This document shows positions 40,839-55,773 of a DNA stretch of 64,000 nucleotides, piece after piece. Numbering within the stretch: the first letter of the stretch is position 1; every line of letters starts with the position of its first letter. This DNA comes from Lytechinus pictus. Lineage: Eukaryota. The notes under the pieces are model-generated. The model did no database searches and had not been told where the DNA came from. It saw only the letters and a list, made by a program, of their open reading frames with translations. The position numbers and the translations under genes are program-made. The stretch lies in the NCBI RefSeq assembly GCF_037042905.1, contig NC_087256.1, positions 4,836,001-4,900,000 on the forward strand, given 5' to 3'.

Positions 40839-43800
40839 GGGAAATGGGCCATCGGAGGCGGAGTTCTTGAGTTGATTACGAGTATTGTCTTTAACATTCG
40901 AAATTAAAGGATCGTATGATGCACATTTTGGGGAATTTAAAAAATGTAAAGAAAAAACCTGTAAAATTTGACGGGGGAGTTTCACCTCATATTTCAGAAT
41001 TCGAAGTAACAATAGTTAATTACAACCAATAGTTCTCTTAAGTTTCCTTAAATCATCAACATATTCTTCCCAAAATGTTTTATATAATGCGGTGGATTTT
41101 GGTCCCTTATTACGTAATTAAGTTTTCACTACAGTCGAAATGTTTCAATGAAGAAAATATAAATGGTGACGTTGCGAGATCGAATACACACACAGGTGGT
41201 CATTTATTTACAATATTAGTGACTATATGCTTTCTAAACATGTTTTTGGTTAATGCAAGAAGATTTTATGACTGGAGTTCCAACAGGCAACAAATTTATT
41301 CAAGCAGATGTTCATTTCTAAAGAAGCACAAAAGAAAGAACGGCAATAAGAACCTTTTGATGTCCGCCTTCGAAGCCGCCAGTTTCAGTGAAAAAATCCG
41401 AGTGGTGAAATTTTACGAATATCCGTATCAATTTCCATCTTTCATATTAATAAACAAACTGAAATTTGAATGCATGACAAAACATCAATAACCAAGCACT
41501 ATTGCGACGAGATATTTGCCCAGACTATATCAATTAACCTTTAATTGGTGAAAAAAGAAAGAATTTGACCTTTACTGAAACCAAGGAGATTGATATCTCC
41601 TTGCTGAAACCAGATTTTAACACTTTTCCGATCGTTTGCGGCGAATAAAAATTTCAAATGTGGTCGGTGGAATATTGTTGTTCATTACTGTATATGTCAG
41701 ATGAGTGCCCGCACATGCCCAGTCGAGCAAATTTGAGTGATATTTCAGGACATATTGCATAGTTTATTTTCGCATGCCTCCGAATTATGTACTACACATA
41801 TAACCAGACCAAGATCATGAAGATGCCGCGAAAAAGTAATTATCATCACAAAAGCATATTTCCCTTTATGTATGACCTATAGCTGCGAGTCATGCGGTAA
41901 TCATTTGTCTACACAATTGCAAGATATGTTGAGCAAAGTGCATGCCTGACATACTTTCTGCTGGCGGCTTTTAACCTTGTTCAAAGAGATTTTATATGCT
42001 GTTACTCCATCTCATTTGAAAACTCCTTGGTACATGTAAAAATTTAACTTCAACCTTAAATGCTTTTCGGTCGTTGACAGATGCATTTTTCGCCAAGTTC
42101 ATGGTTATAATGTAAATGAAATAAGCAAATACAAGTAAGCTCTAATATGAATTGAAATATTGACAATGTTGATATTCTAAAAAAAAATATACACACACCA
42201 GACTGGTCTCCGAATAAAATATATAATACCTTCATTTTGAAAGTGCTTTTGAAACCCATACTGTACCTTCGCTCAATTAAAAAGATATATTAAAAGCAAT
42301 AGTATATTTAATGTCCTTTAAATTCAATTAAATTCCATACGATATATGCAAACATCGATGGCACTGGAATTCATTAGTTACAACAGTTCAATCAAATTCA
42401 ACCTTTGGTTTATATCTTCATTTAATTCATTTCATAAAATTGGTTTTATATCTCTCTGATGGCAACAATATAAACATCATTGTGTTTACACATAATTCAG
42501 CAATATCTTGCCAAACAAAAATGTCAAGTAATAGACAAGAGTGTTTTTACGAATTAATGACTTCACTTTGACCTCAATTTTGGGTTACCATGGAATATTC
42601 TAGCTTCTATAATCACTTCAAACAAAATGACACAACCCCTCTCTAAAACATGACATTTTCTTAAATGAATCTGAGTGAATATTAGTTAAATTTTAAATCC
42701 CTGTTCATTTTGGAGTGATAATGTGATCCAATAGAGATCCACGTGGTTATTCCACAATACGTGAACAAATTCTATATAATTATTCACAACAAAAATCCTC
42801 TTTAAAACGAAATTTCACTTCGTCATGTTCATAAAGATGTATTTTTTCAATCCCTTTTTAGAGAATAACTGATTTTGATCATAATTACCTTAAAACATAT
42901 CCTTTATACTTCTGCTCAGCTGGGATCAATTCGTCTCCGTCATTTTCCAAAATGATGCTAGCATGTATATGAAGTCAATTCATAAAATTGAATGGAAGGC
43001 TGCAATCTAGTCCAGACAGTCGATACGATCACACATACATCCGTCAATCGCTTGATCGCCCTCTGCTTCTTTCTTCTAATTATACCTTGTTATATTGGGT
43101 TTGTGTACCAACGTCCTCCCATCATCATTATTCGTTCGTTTATATTGATTCTTTGTATTTTTTTCTGAAGGTTTATTTACCACTAGATGATGTCGACACA
43201 TGTATGCCCTTGTGTTCGGTATAGTGTTTGCATGGGAGGATGAATACTTATATTTTTGGTGTGTTTTGGAATGAGAGAGGGGGGCAGAGAAGGAGGAGGG
43301 TGTGTGTGTGGGGGGTTGTGTGAGAGAGAGAGGGAGGTGGACAGAGTGAGGAGGGTTTGTTGGGGGTTGTGAGATAGAGAGAGAGGAAGAGAGAGAGGAA
43401 GATGGGGAGGAGAGCACACACATACACGCACAGTGAGAAAGAGGGAGAGAGATAGGGGGAGGGAGGGGAGGGGGCGAGCGTAAAGGGAATGCGGAAAGGC
43501 ACTGCTCCCTAAGTAAAAACGTTGCTTTATAGGCGGTCCTAATAATAGACTAATCAAGATTTTCCCCTCCTCTGCCACCAAAAAAAAAAAAGAAAAGGAA
43601 TGTATATGTATATATATATACATATATATATATATATAAACCGGCTCTTTAGACTTCTTTTTGCTTTAGGTCAATTTGCAAAGCCTTGGAGAATTACCCT
43701 CCTCAATCTGGTCAGAAAAGTTAATGTCTGGGATGCGCTTGTAATTTCGGATTGTGCTTATACAAATTAGTATGGCAGTAGCAATAGGAACCTGTCTCCC

Positions 43801-43948
43801 TTTTCCATTTTGAAGCTTATGGTAATTTGTACTTGCAACATTGTTTGCACTTTCCCATGTTTGTTAATCGAAAAATCCATTTAAATGATGTTTAGTGGGA
43901 ACCCCCAGCCACCAGGGTGTCTTCATCGTCATTGTAATAATTGCCATT

Positions 43949-44136
43949 NNNNNNNNNNNNNNNNNNNNNNNNNNNNNNNNNNNNNNNNNNNNNNNNNNNN
44001 NNNNNNNNNNNNNNNNNNNNNNNNNNNNNNNNNNNNNNNNNNNNNNNNNNNNNNNNNNNNNNNNNNNNNNNNNNNNNNNNNNNNNNNNNNNNNNNNNNNN
44101 NNNNNNNNNNNNNNNNNNNNNNNNNNNNNNNNNNNN
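43949..44136. other. Assembly gap (188 N)
   Basis: Run of N. Confidence 0.99.
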
Positions 44137-44618
44137 GTAAATGTCCTATTGTTTTCATTGTTTTTCATATTTCCATTAATCAATATTTCATTTCCAAGAT
44201 AAATTGTATTTACAAATCCATTATCCATTTATTTCCAATCAAAAAATAACTTTTAAAAATGTCTTTTGGTCACATTATTCTTGCCTAAAAGGCAATGGTG
44301 TTGACAGTTTATTTTTTATGTGTACAGTTGACCTGCATATACCACAAGGTGGCGCTAGATTGATTAAAATTGAGAGTAAGGGAGAAAGAATAGATATTTA
44401 AGGGGAAGAAAAAAGAAATCCAGAAAGAAAGAAAGAAAAGAACAATAGCAAGAAGGAAGGAAGGAAGGAAGAAAGAAATTTAATTTGACATTGTTTTGAT
44501 ATTCCCATCGAATGCTTATAGTCCCCCAGTATAGCACAATATGACTATGCGCTCTTGTTTTTATCTTTCTTTTAAATTTATAATGCAAAAAAAAGCTATA
44601 AAATCATTAAGTGGTGAT

Positions 44619-47600
44619 TAGTCCGGGGGCTGGGAGAGTTTATTCAGCTGATCGGGTACAAAAGGTTTGATGGTCCCAAGATGTTGGCATGATATCAGTG
44701 GTCAAGAAAATGTGTTGCTGCCGGGCCAAATCCTGTACGGAGGGCCCACAGGGCCCCATTTTTGTCGGCCATCTTGAATTTTTCATGAAAATCAATTATT
44801 TTCATATTTTTGCACAAACAATGGAAAAATATTAAATAAATACGCATTTCACATTGATTCAGACAGTAGAAATCGATTGCAAGTGTTTTCAGGACAGTCC
44901 GATCAATATTTTTTGAAAAATATAAGAATTTATGCCAAAATTTTCATGTTTTTAGGCAAAAATGTGCATGTGCATTGATATCTTTCTGTTTTCTCATTAA
45001 TATCAGCAATCAATGCAAAATATCAGCATTCAACACGAAAGAGAATCTATTAACGAGAACATTGATATGCTTCATGACAGTATTAATGTCTTAACTTGCT
45101 TAGATATAGAGGAAATACCTCCATATGCATTCCCCGATATTGCGATAAAATGACACCAAAAAGCAACCTCCGTCACTAGTCACACCAGTAATACCGATTT
45201 CAATGTGCTCACTAGCTTGCCTTTCAAAATAGTACAATAGACTCAATCGGTCTTGCCTCGCCTTTGTTGGTGTGACTAGCACGCATTAATGTATGTAATG
45301 AGCGTCGCGATAAAAAAGTGTATATTCCATTATGGCTATGAGGGCAAAAGGCGTTTTTTACACATTTAAGCAACTTTTATGTTAATGAAACCTCTTGGAA
45401 AAGTTAGAGGAGGGATTGCTCTGCATGTCGCAAGCAATTTCATTCGGACACCTCAAAAACATAGTCCCGCAAGAGCCTGTCGAAGGTACCCCACCCTTAT
45501 CCGAAGCTTGACTACTAAAATATCTTGCCTTTTGGAGCCCTCATTGTGGCAAAATGATGCTTCGGTTAGGTAAAAAACAACTTTTATTTTCTTGAAATCA
45601 CTTGGAGACGAAAGAGTAGGCTTCTCTCTATCAGCTACATTTAATGAAGTGAGGGCACAACAAAGCCTACCCTCTCAGGGGGCTGCCCCAGGTCACCCAT
45701 CCCCTTTTTCGTATTTTGCCCATTTCTTGGAAAATTCGTCATTTTGGAGCCACATTGATGAGAAAAGTGTTTCAACTATGTAATTAAACCACTTTCATTG
45801 TTTTAAACCACTTGAAGACAAAAGAGTAGACATTCTTCTAACTGTTACATATAAAGAATTACTGAAAAATGGAAGCCACCCCAGTCAGTGGGATGCCGAA
45901 AACACTATCCCCTTTTTCCGTATTTTGCAAATTTATGGAAAAATCTGCAAATTAGGAGCCCCCACTGAGGCTAAAGGGTGTTTCTGCTAAAAAAAAAACA
46001 ATCCATTTTATTGTCTTAAAACGACATGGAGACAAAAGAGTTGCCTTTCTCCTATCAGTTACATAATAAGAGGTGCTAGTACAGCAAAGCCTACCCCCGT
46101 CAGGGGCTCCTGAAATTACCCAACCCTTTTCTGTATTTTACCTTTTTTATTAGAAAATCTTCAAATTTGGAGCCCATATTGAGGCAAAAAGATGTTTCTT
46201 CTCTGTATATCAAACCACTTTCATTGTCTTAAACCACTTGGAGAAAAAAGAATAGCATTAGCATCAGTTGCATATAACGAAGTGCTGGTATAGCAAAGCC
46301 TACCCCCGTCAAGGGCTCCAGAAATCACCTACCCTTTTCCGCATTTTACCTTTTTATTAGAAAATCTGAGAATTTGGAGCCCAAATTGGGGCAAAAATAT
46401 GTTTCGCCTAAATAGCAAAACACTTTCCTTGTCTTATTCCACTTCGATGCAAAAAAGTAGTATTTTTCTATCTGCCACATTATAACGAAGTGCTGCAACA
46501 TCGAAGCCTAGCTACCCCCTTAGGGGGCAGCTGAAGTCACCCAACCCCTTATTTCGTTTTTTCTAGGAAAATTCGCCATTTTGGAGCCCCAATTTAGACC
46601 AACGGCGTTTCCGCTTTGCAGAAAGTAACTTATTGTTTTGTAACTCGTGGGAGAGAAAAGGTAGGATTTTCTCCATCAGCTTCATTTGAAGACGTGCTCG
46701 CACAAAGAAGCCTACCCCCAACAGAGGCTTTGACCCCTTGTTCAGGTAAATTAGCATTCCTGCTATATAATGAAGCGAATTTATTTTTTTGAAGCAACTT
46801 AAAGATGAAAGAATAGGCTTTCTTCTACATGCAAAAAAGCTACATGCAAAAAACGTTCTGGCGCATCGAAGCTACTCAATTCCAGGGCTGCTGAAGTCAC
46901 CCCCACATTTTTGCCTATTTTCCCTCTTTATTGGAAAATTCGCAGTGCTTAGCCCCATTGATACAAAATGTATTTATGCTATTAAATAAAACCACTTCTA
47001 TTTTTTTTTCAACTTCCCAGGGCTTGGGGATGAAAGAGTAGGCCTTTTAAATAAAGTTGCTTAAATGTGTAAAAAACGCCTTTTGCCCTCATAGCCATAA
47101 TGGAATATACACTTTTTTATCGCGACGCTCATTACATGCATTAATGCGTGCTAGTCACACCAACAAAGGCGAGGCAAGACCGATTGAGTCTATTGTACTA
47201 TTTTGAAAGGCAAGCTAGCGAGCGCATTGAAATCGGTATTACTAGTGTGACTAGGACGGAGGTTGCTTTTTGGTGTCATTTTATCGCAATATCGGGGAAT
47301 GCATATGGAGGTATTTCCTCTATATCTAAGCAAGTTAAGACATTAATACTGTCGTGATGCATATCAATGTTCTCGTTAATATATTCTCTTTCGTGTTGAA
47401 TGCTGATATTTTGCATTGATTGCTGATATTAATGAGAAAACAGAAAGATATCAATGTACATGCAAATTTTTGCCTAAAAACATGAAAATTTTGGCATAAA
47501 TTCTTATATTTTTCAAAAAATATAAACCGGACTGTCCTGAAAACACTTGCAATCGATTTCTACTGTCTGAATCAATGTGAAATGCGTATTTATTTAATAT

Positions 47601-47810
47601 TTTTCCATTGTTTGTGCAAAAATATGAAAATAATTGATTTTCATGAAAAATTCAAGATGGCCGACAAAAATGGGGCCCTGTGGGCCCTCCGTACAGGATT
47701 TGACCCGGCAGCAATACATTTTCTTGACCACTGATATCATGCCGACATCTTAGGACCATCAAACCTTTTGTACCCGATCAGCTGAATAAACTCTCCCAGC
47801 CCCCGGACTA
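44619..47810. mobile_element. Non-autonomous DNA transposon, Academ-like, ~760-bp TIRs
   Basis: 44619-~45378 is the near-perfect reverse complement of ~47053-47810. Termini TAGTCC...GGACTA; 3-bp direct repeat GAT on both flanks (44616-18, 47811-13). TAG termini, long TIRs and 3-4 bp TSDs are Academ hallmarks. No transposase ORF. Confidence 0.85.
45400..47050. repeat. ~210-bp degenerate tandem array (7-8 units) inside the Academ-like element
   Basis: GGAGCC..AAACCACTTGGAGACAAAAGAGTAG..AAAGCCTACCCC recurs near 45534, 45745, 45955, 46168, 46375 and 46583. Confidence 0.8.
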
Positions 47811-50369
47811 GATGGTGGTAATTTTGCCGAGAAAGCAGACTGGTGAGTTCCACATAGGCATACATCAGGGATGTCCCCACCCCCTTCCCCTTCTTTCATC
47901 TCGCATTTTGTAATCCTAATTCAACTTATTTTTTACTGTCTGGGCTCCATAACTTCACACCCCAGCAATCTGCCCAAAATATTATACATGTATATCATTA
48001 TTGTTCCCATCATCACGCTTTAACTGCATGACTTTTTATTATACCCTTTAAAGCTCACGGTTGGTGGCGCCCCAAGGGTTCTCTTTTACAATATTTCATA
48101 TCAATGAACAATGCTTCTATTCAAGCTTATCCTCCCTGCAAAGGTTCACCTACATAATATTGACATCAAGGTTTTTCATCTTTGTTATCTTTAAAAATGA
48201 AATCCCTTTCGTAACATATTATGCGTCATGCTCGTCATAAAATATACTTATGTTCATTATGTGAAATGTCTGCGACAATATTTTGTCCGCTAAGCATTTA
48301 AAATATATAAAAAAAATTGTTGTATTGTGCATGACCTTTGAGATAAAATCATTGATTTGCTGTAGTTGCCCGTTATTTCTAGAAAATATATGAATACTTA
48401 AATACATGTAGATAAAAAATAAACAATTCCATGCAAGAAAATATCATTGGAATAGTATTTATTTCAGAACATGAATGTTCTCCATTCAATAATAAAAAAA
48501 AGAATATGTATATACTGCGAAAAAAAACTCTAGTAGGTTTTCATCAAAGTAGAAAAAGAAGCACGAATATGACTAAAACATACTCTTGCTTTTTAACTGA
48601 TATGTTTTAGAGTGTTATTTCCGATAGTTCCATTTTCTCCCACTCTAATATTTTGGAACTTATAGAACTCGTGATAAATGACTATTGCACACAAAAGAAA
48701 TAACAAGGTCAAACTACATACACAGCAAAAACGCCGTTTAGAATTTTTAAACAACGCTGTTTACTATAATTATGAATCGTTCAGTAGTTGCTTAAACAGC
48801 TTAAACAAGAGTTTAAATTCTTAAACAACAAAGATTAATTTATAATATTTAATTCTCAATGAATGATATTAAGCATGGTTGTTTAAACTATTAAACAATT
48901 ACTGTACGATTTAAAGACCGTTTTTAATGTGTAAAGACATAAATAATAAATGTAAAAAAAAAGAGGAAATCTGAGGCAAAATATCGTGACGATATCTTTA
49001 TTAAAAACTAATGGAGAGTTATAATATATTAAAAAAAAGTTATTTTACTTGTCCTTTCTAAAGAACACTCTAAAACGATTTTTTGCTCACTCGAAAACGG
49101 GGTGATCCGTAGTTTCGTACCTTCATTGCAACAATATATAAGATCAATTTTCATGTTTTCATACACCCACAAATAACTGATTTATACACTCGCTCTATTT
49201 TTGTTTTATTCAGTAAGCTTGTGAAAGGGTTACCTCTTAATTTAACTATTCCTTATATTATATGGCTTTCCCGTGAAGAAAAATAACTAAAATATTTACT
49301 GTTTGTAGGAGTAACAAGAGTGACTTTGGAGTGATTGGTGGTACAGATTCGAGTTATCCCAGATGTCACTCTCCTAATATATAGACAGGTTAAAATATAA
49401 TTTTACGACAAATCTATTTTAAATTCATACAACATTCCATTAAAAATTCTCTCCCCAAAACTACAATTTTTTTAATAAAAAGAATATTGCAATTCGTTTT
49501 GCATGCACTTCTGTTTCAACCATAGCCACTTGGGTTGAGTTCATGCTAACAAAAAAAAATTATGCTTGAATCAATTCCGATTAACACTTATGTTACCCTT
49601 TATCTCAACTTTGAATACACTCGAAGATAAAGTTTGGTCTTGTTTAAAAATCAGTCAGTTGATGTAGAATAAACCAATAACCTCCATTGTGATACGTAAC
49701 CAAATACAATTACGAACAAAACCTAAAGTTAAAAAATAACCAACCAGCTTAACATTTTAAGCCAGTGCAATACATGTACTTTCTCAATACATGTATCGAT
49801 TCAATATAAAATAGTTTACGTTCAAGCAAATGGAATGGTTGAAAATTACAAAGAAAAGGAGATAAATATTAAATGTAAACAAAATATAACCACCTTCTTA
49901 GCTGAAATGTAAAACAGTTATAGAACGAAACTTGTTTTTATTAAAAAACACTGTAACATATTCATTGTAATACAAGGTATATTTTTATAAGTTTAATTTG
50001 TACCTGCATTGGCATTTCGTGACAAAATATAGCTCCAAATAAAACATACTATTTAGCAGCAAACTACATAGTCAAATCCATTCTCAAACAGCTGAAACAA
50101 ATAGCAGCATAATTAAGGCAAGTATTAAATCAAATTGTGTATATATTTTATTTTGACTGAGCAGCAATTTCGTTGAATAGAACGGTAATAATTATCATTA
50201 AAAATAGGCACGTACTATTAAACAGTACACCCTCCTGAATTTTCCTCTTGAATGTTTCTGAAATCTTGGGTAAAAGGGCGAATACGAGTATTTCAGAATT
50301 AAAATAAAAGTTCCAATGTTAAAACAAGGGGAATGTCCATTATGTTTCTGGTGACCAAGTTTGTTTCAG

Positions 50370-51227
50370 TCAGAGTGCTTCTTCTTGGATAGCCGTCAAG
50401 GTTTTAGAATCAATCGAATCTTCAATCTGAGCTGTCTCTACATTCTCCAACCAAGATAAAATCCGATTCTTTGTGCACTCATCGACGAAGGCATCGCTTG
50501 GAAACGTTGTCCTCGCAAACTTCACTTTGATGTCTCTATCTTGTCTCGACAGCTTGGTCATACTCACTGTTTCTCGAAGGTCCTTCTGCATCGCTTTCGC
50601 TCTTAAGGTACGCGGTGAATCAAAGGACGAGGAAACTATGGCGGACATGGTACTTGATGACTTGGTCTTGTCACCCGTCTTGCCGTCGTATTGAACGGTA
50701 TAGACAACGTGTCGGGAAACGGGTCGCTGATCGATGCTGGGAAGCCTCTGGTGAAGGAGATCTACATCGGGTTCGTTGACGAGGTTATCGAGTCGACATC
50801 GTTGGTTTAATGTGTCCTCCTTGGTAAGCTGGTTGTCGACATCGGAAAGATCATCAGCGTCTTCACGAGGCACAGGAGTTTCACATCTCCCTCGCCTCCC
50901 TAAGAGTCTCGGTTGAGGCACTGAACTCGGTTTCACTGAACACGTGATCGAAGCCGTCGACGCGTCCGACGACATGGCCACCCCGCTGCTCCGTAAGCTG
51001 ACATCACGGGAAGAATTCGAGTCACTCGTCTGTTCGTTCCGACCGGATCGGATTAGCCGAAGTTGGCTTCGTTTGATCCGATACTGAGATCGGGTTGTGT
51101 TCGGTGGTGATCGGGTGGAAGAGATCGGCATGGTGGGGGATGTTAGCTGTCCAAAACTACCTCTGGAAGGAGACGGATCCCCGCAAAGAGATCTGAAACG
51201 ACAAACATATTCTTCCATTAAAGTCAT
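50370..51227 (-). CDS. Uncharacterised disordered protein 'C' (285 aa); RVxF (KVKF), C-terminal IxxWLE motif and LxxIxE (LTAIQEE)
   Basis: 285-codon GC-richer ATG ORF in a single coding exon. Candidate 5'-UTR intron from donor CAG|GTAAG (~54058) to acceptor TATTTCCAG (~51771). Confidence 0.83.
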   Translation of the reverse strand: MTLMEEYVCRFRSLCGDPSPSRGSFGQLTSPTMPISSTRSPPNTTRSQYRIKRSQLRLIRSGRNEQTSDSNSSRDVSLRSSGVAMSSDASTASITCSVKPSSVPQPRLLGRRGRCETPVPREDADDLSDVDNQLTKEDTLNQRCRLDNLVNEPDVDLLHQRLPSIDQRPVSRHVVYTVQYDGKTGDKTKSSSTMSAIVSSSFDSPRTLRAKAMQKDLRETVSMTKLSRQDRDIKVKFARTTFPSDAFVDECTKNRILSWLENVETAQIEDSIDSKTLTAIQEEAL

Positions 51228-52713
51228 GATTAAGATATCCGTTCTCGCTCATAGCAATCAGCAAAATGACCTTACTTCCTTTCCTCGAATGATTATTATA
51301 CCAACCTTGCTTCTTTGACCAATTACAACACTAATATTTGTTTTTCAAATCTGACTCAGTAAAAAATATTGTAGTACTTGATAAACCGGATGTGTTCGAT
51401 AATCAATAATAGTACTTAGTAAACGATATTGACCCCATAAAGCCTTAAGGTAACCTGTAGCCTGACAGCCATATAAAGGATTATGTCTCCTTTACTATTT
51501 GTCTTTACGCCTCGTTATCATGCTATCTGTTTAAAGAGGGTCCAGCTATTGCGCCTTGGCTACATTGGGAATATCCCCAATTTGCTTTTCGAGTGTCCCT
51601 CACGATTATACCTTAATATAGATTATGAGGTCAATGTAATGAACGTTGACCAAGAGAGCGTTTCATGGAAGGACCTTATCGGTCGTTTTATCCAACAACA
51701 GTGCTTCTCAGCCAATCAAATGCAAGGAGAGTTGTGGGATCCAGACGATAAATACTGATGAAATGCTCCCCTGGAAATACAGTTGCATGCATTGATTGAA
51801 TCTTTCGACTGTTGTGAATGATATGTGATCGAAATAAAATCAAATTAGTAGGCCTAGGTGATATGTTATACATAAGAAAACAGTAAATACACAAATGAAT
51901 GATTATTATACAAAAGGTTGATAAATAAACCCCTTATCTGGATATCTGAGAAATATATGAGTCACTCAATGGCTGTTGAAAAACATAAAAACATTCTTGA
52001 AATAACACAGCAAGAAAATGCGGATAAAAGGGGCGAGAAAATGATAATTGCACTTGATTTCTATTTGTTCCAATCCTTCCTCAATCAAGCACATTTTCCC
52101 CTTTTTCAAAATTATTTTCCTTTGCATGTAAACAAAATATTTGGCTGTTAAAAATCATTAGTATTTGTTCAAATCATGTTTAGTTACAATATAGAACGCA
52201 CCAGAGAAAGAAAATCTAAGAAGTCATTGGTATTTCAATATGATATACGGTGCAATCGATCATTATATTTTGAATTGTAACCGAATACACTCTTTTATTT
52301 GTCCCCTGGAAGAGATTTATTATAAAAAACTTTGGCATTTCCTTTGAGATGTTTGATGTGGAAGAAAATCTCATCCCTTCAAAAATTGTTGCCTTTAATT
52401 GGTACTTGTGAAAAATAAAAAGGTAGAAAGAACCAAAAAAGGGACTCGATTGGCCCAATACCCCTATTTTTTCAAGTATTGAAAATGAAAAGGGCGTCTT
52501 ACCCCATCCCTCCTATTAAAATACTTTGGGGCCGCCCGTGCATATACAGTAACAACTCATCATACCGAAGTAGTATTATTTAGGTATCTATAAATTTGTT
52601 TGTCTGTTTGTGTTTTTTTTTTTTCATTTTTCTTGTGCTGAAGTGAAATATCGCCCTCTGTTTCTCGTAACTTATCAGAAGTAGGGCTGTTCGTTGGAAA
52701 TCAGGTGGTTGAA

Positions 52714-52948
52714 AATAATAATAATGATAATATAGGTAATATATTTACCCAGGGAAGACACTTCAGTTCCGAAAACTGTTCTCCCAGCGGGCCCTGCTAT
52801 CATTATTTCCCTAGCTTATCTTAGCTGCCTAGGCGCTCAAGCATTCAAGGAATTTTTTCCTACCAGGTACCCATTCACCTCACCTGGGGTGAGTGCAGCA
52901 CAATGTGGATACATTTCTTGCTGAAGGAAATTACGCCTTGGCTGGGAG
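52714..52948 (-). mobile_element. 5'-truncated SINE-like element with (ATT)n tail
   Basis: Minus strand reads ..CCCAGGTGAGGTGAATGGGTACCTGGTAGG.. (conserved-core-SINE-like) and ends in TATTATTATT; the tRNA head is mostly missing. Confidence 0.55.
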
Positions 52949-55773
52949 GAGACACGTAATGGTAGACAATCTGCTATGAAGTTGATTAACTGAGGTTCTT
53001 TTCAGACATTAATGCGAATTAGAATCTGTATGACCCTTGATTTCAGCAGGGATACAAGCTAAAATGCAAGCAACTGATTGCTACATGTATAATTCTATCA
53101 ATCTTTGTGAAATGAATTTTGAACTGAAATGATAAATTTGCTTGTGTTTTAGGCTATTCAAGATCGTTTCGTATCTATATGACAATCTGAATACCATCAT
53201 CACATGTGTTTCCATCCTGGTGCCATAAGATAAAATAACGACACGTGACACAGCCAAGCCTTGATTTTGAAATTACCCCATGTTCTTTCCTCAGACCTGT
53301 CAATAAAACATTATATTTATATTCCTATTTCTTACTGTTTTAGAAGAAGAAGACGACGAAGAAGAAAAAGAAGAAGACGACGTAGAAGAAAAAGAAGAAG
53401 AAGAAAAGGTCTGTTTTATTTTTATTTATTATCAATTTAATACGACATATCTTTTTTTATTTCTTGTTAGGGTTATCAGTCTGCATTCTATATATAATGC
53501 ACAAACAATATTCCCATATTTTGTATATCATGATATCACTATAAAAGAATAAGGGTCTATGTAATAGTTTCAAGACGGGGCATGAAAATATGGTTTCTCA
53601 TGTTTATTTAGATGAAAATAAAATGCAAAGCTACGAATGTAAGATTTTATTTTGAAAAGCAACCTTTCGAATACGACCCCTATACCGTGAGCTTACCACA
53701 TGAACAATGAACTCATAATGTACTTGAAGCAAGACGCACTCGAACTTTGTACTAATAATTTGTTCTTTATCACAAGCAAATAATAATTATATCTCTTTAA
53801 ATAGAAACGTCAAGTCATTATGTAGTCACCACAGTGAGATCTTACTTTTATTAATGTTTTAGTCTTCTCGTACACGATCCAAAATGAATATCCAATTTAA
53901 AGCAATGGCGGGACTTAATCTCACCAAAATATTTTATCGCATAGGATGAGAGAATGAAAATTTATTACAGATACACTGCCAAATTATAAATAATAATTTG
54001 TGAAACTAATAACAATGATGACCATGTTACACGTTGGATTCATAATTTCAATTCTTACCTGATTTAAGTGCTTCTTATCACTTATCTAGGCTTCATCTTA
54101 CAGTTGTTGAATTCTTGCTAATTAATCCTTAGACAACAGAGGCCAATATGTGATAAATATTACCACCAACATTCCGGGAATACACTTGCAGATTAATATC
54201 AATATCCAACGATATTCAGCAGATTTTCCTTGAAATCGATTTAGTTCTGATGAATAAATCCTCAGAGGTGACCTTTGAAATTGAAATGAATTTAAAAAAA
54301 AAAAGGACAGCCAACTTTTTTCTGTGATTTCTTCAGGAAGAATACTAGTATTGATCAAAATATTTACCAATTAACGAAACAAATAACATATTAATGAGGC
54401 CGTCAGCTTCAAGTTCGAGAAAACGTTAAACCACGTCCGCCAAGGTTGAAGAAGATCCTTTGCCATACCGGTAATCCCGGCTAATGACACCGGTGAGTCT
54501 GCTCTACGTGTCGAATACCCGAGTTCAGTTCCACGGTCTAGCAAACAAATCAAACACTCGATGACGATTCTTTGAATACGATTTTACCCCCAGGAAGCTG
54601 AAAATCATCAAAATAAAGTATTATTCATTTGTGATATAGAATTCACCAGCCGGGATCTGCGGTCGTGGTTCGCGAGAGGCTTAATAACAAATCATATTCA
54701 AGATTGGTGCCTCGATCGGCATTTTTCGACAAGAACACAAACAATAGAGAAGAAGACAGTTGTCATGGGGTTTGTTTGTAAAAGAGATGTGACCTTTGAG
54801 CATTTTAATTCTGATGTATATATTGACATGCTTAGTAATATATAGGTAAACCCAAAAGACGTATTTCAACTTTGTTGTGCCGTTTTAGTGGTAGACTATC
54901 TCTTACTGATAATGACGATAGTAATTCAGTTTGCATTCTTTGAAATTATCGCTGTATTTCATGGTAATAATCATTTTAATTTCTGGCCATAATTATTATG
55001 TTAAAATTAAGGGTAAATTATCGGTTAGTCTAATTCTCAGTTTATCCAACTTCAAAATGGTCTAAACTCATTTGTCTACAACCAGTTCGTCTATTTCCCA
55101 CTTGGTCCTATATCCTATTCGTCTAATTACCAGTTGGGCTAAAAAAAATGAAGTTCACGTTGATTATTCTGTTATTTTGAGGCATTATACTATAAGGGTC
55201 GATTTAACGAAAATTCACTCAGTTTGAAAAGTATATAAGAACATAGAAGCGATATCAATTCTAATGCATTTTCATCTCTCATATTTTAGCACTAATCCTA
55301 GGGCGGCGATGGGGGCTATACGTAATTATGATATAGTTATACCGTCCATGTATCACAAAGAGGTATACTAAAATGATTAAATCATATAACTTAATCTATG
55401 TTTGATTTGTGTTTATTTTTCTACACCACTTTCAAGTTTTTGTTTTTAAGGGGTGGGGAGAGTGAGGAAGGGAGGGGGCTAGGGAGTGAGAAGGGAGGGG
55501 TTTTTAATTCATATACACAAAATTTAATGTCAAAACAAAACATGTTATAATTGAACATCTGCAGAATCATAAAAGCGAATAAAAATCAATGTATGTATGT
55601 ATTTACATATATATATAAATATGAACAGACGTGTTTTTCACGACTGTTTCAGAAACGGATTTTGAATTCTCTTTTTTGTCACATCAAGGGCACTGACGAA
55701 GAGTGTGACTTTACCTTTCATTTTTTGAGAGCTATGCTCCTTTTAAAATCTACGATTTTATTTCTACGGCATT

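Noticed and set aside
45100-47357. Two near-identical ORFs (MLVTPTKARQ..) on opposite strands
   Set aside because: They are by-products of the transposon TIRs, start at non-ATG codons and have no protein features.
44619-47810. Reading the element as Tc1/mariner with a TA target duplication
   Set aside because: An additional GAT direct repeat lies outside the TA on both sides; TAG termini plus a 3-bp TSD fit Academ better.
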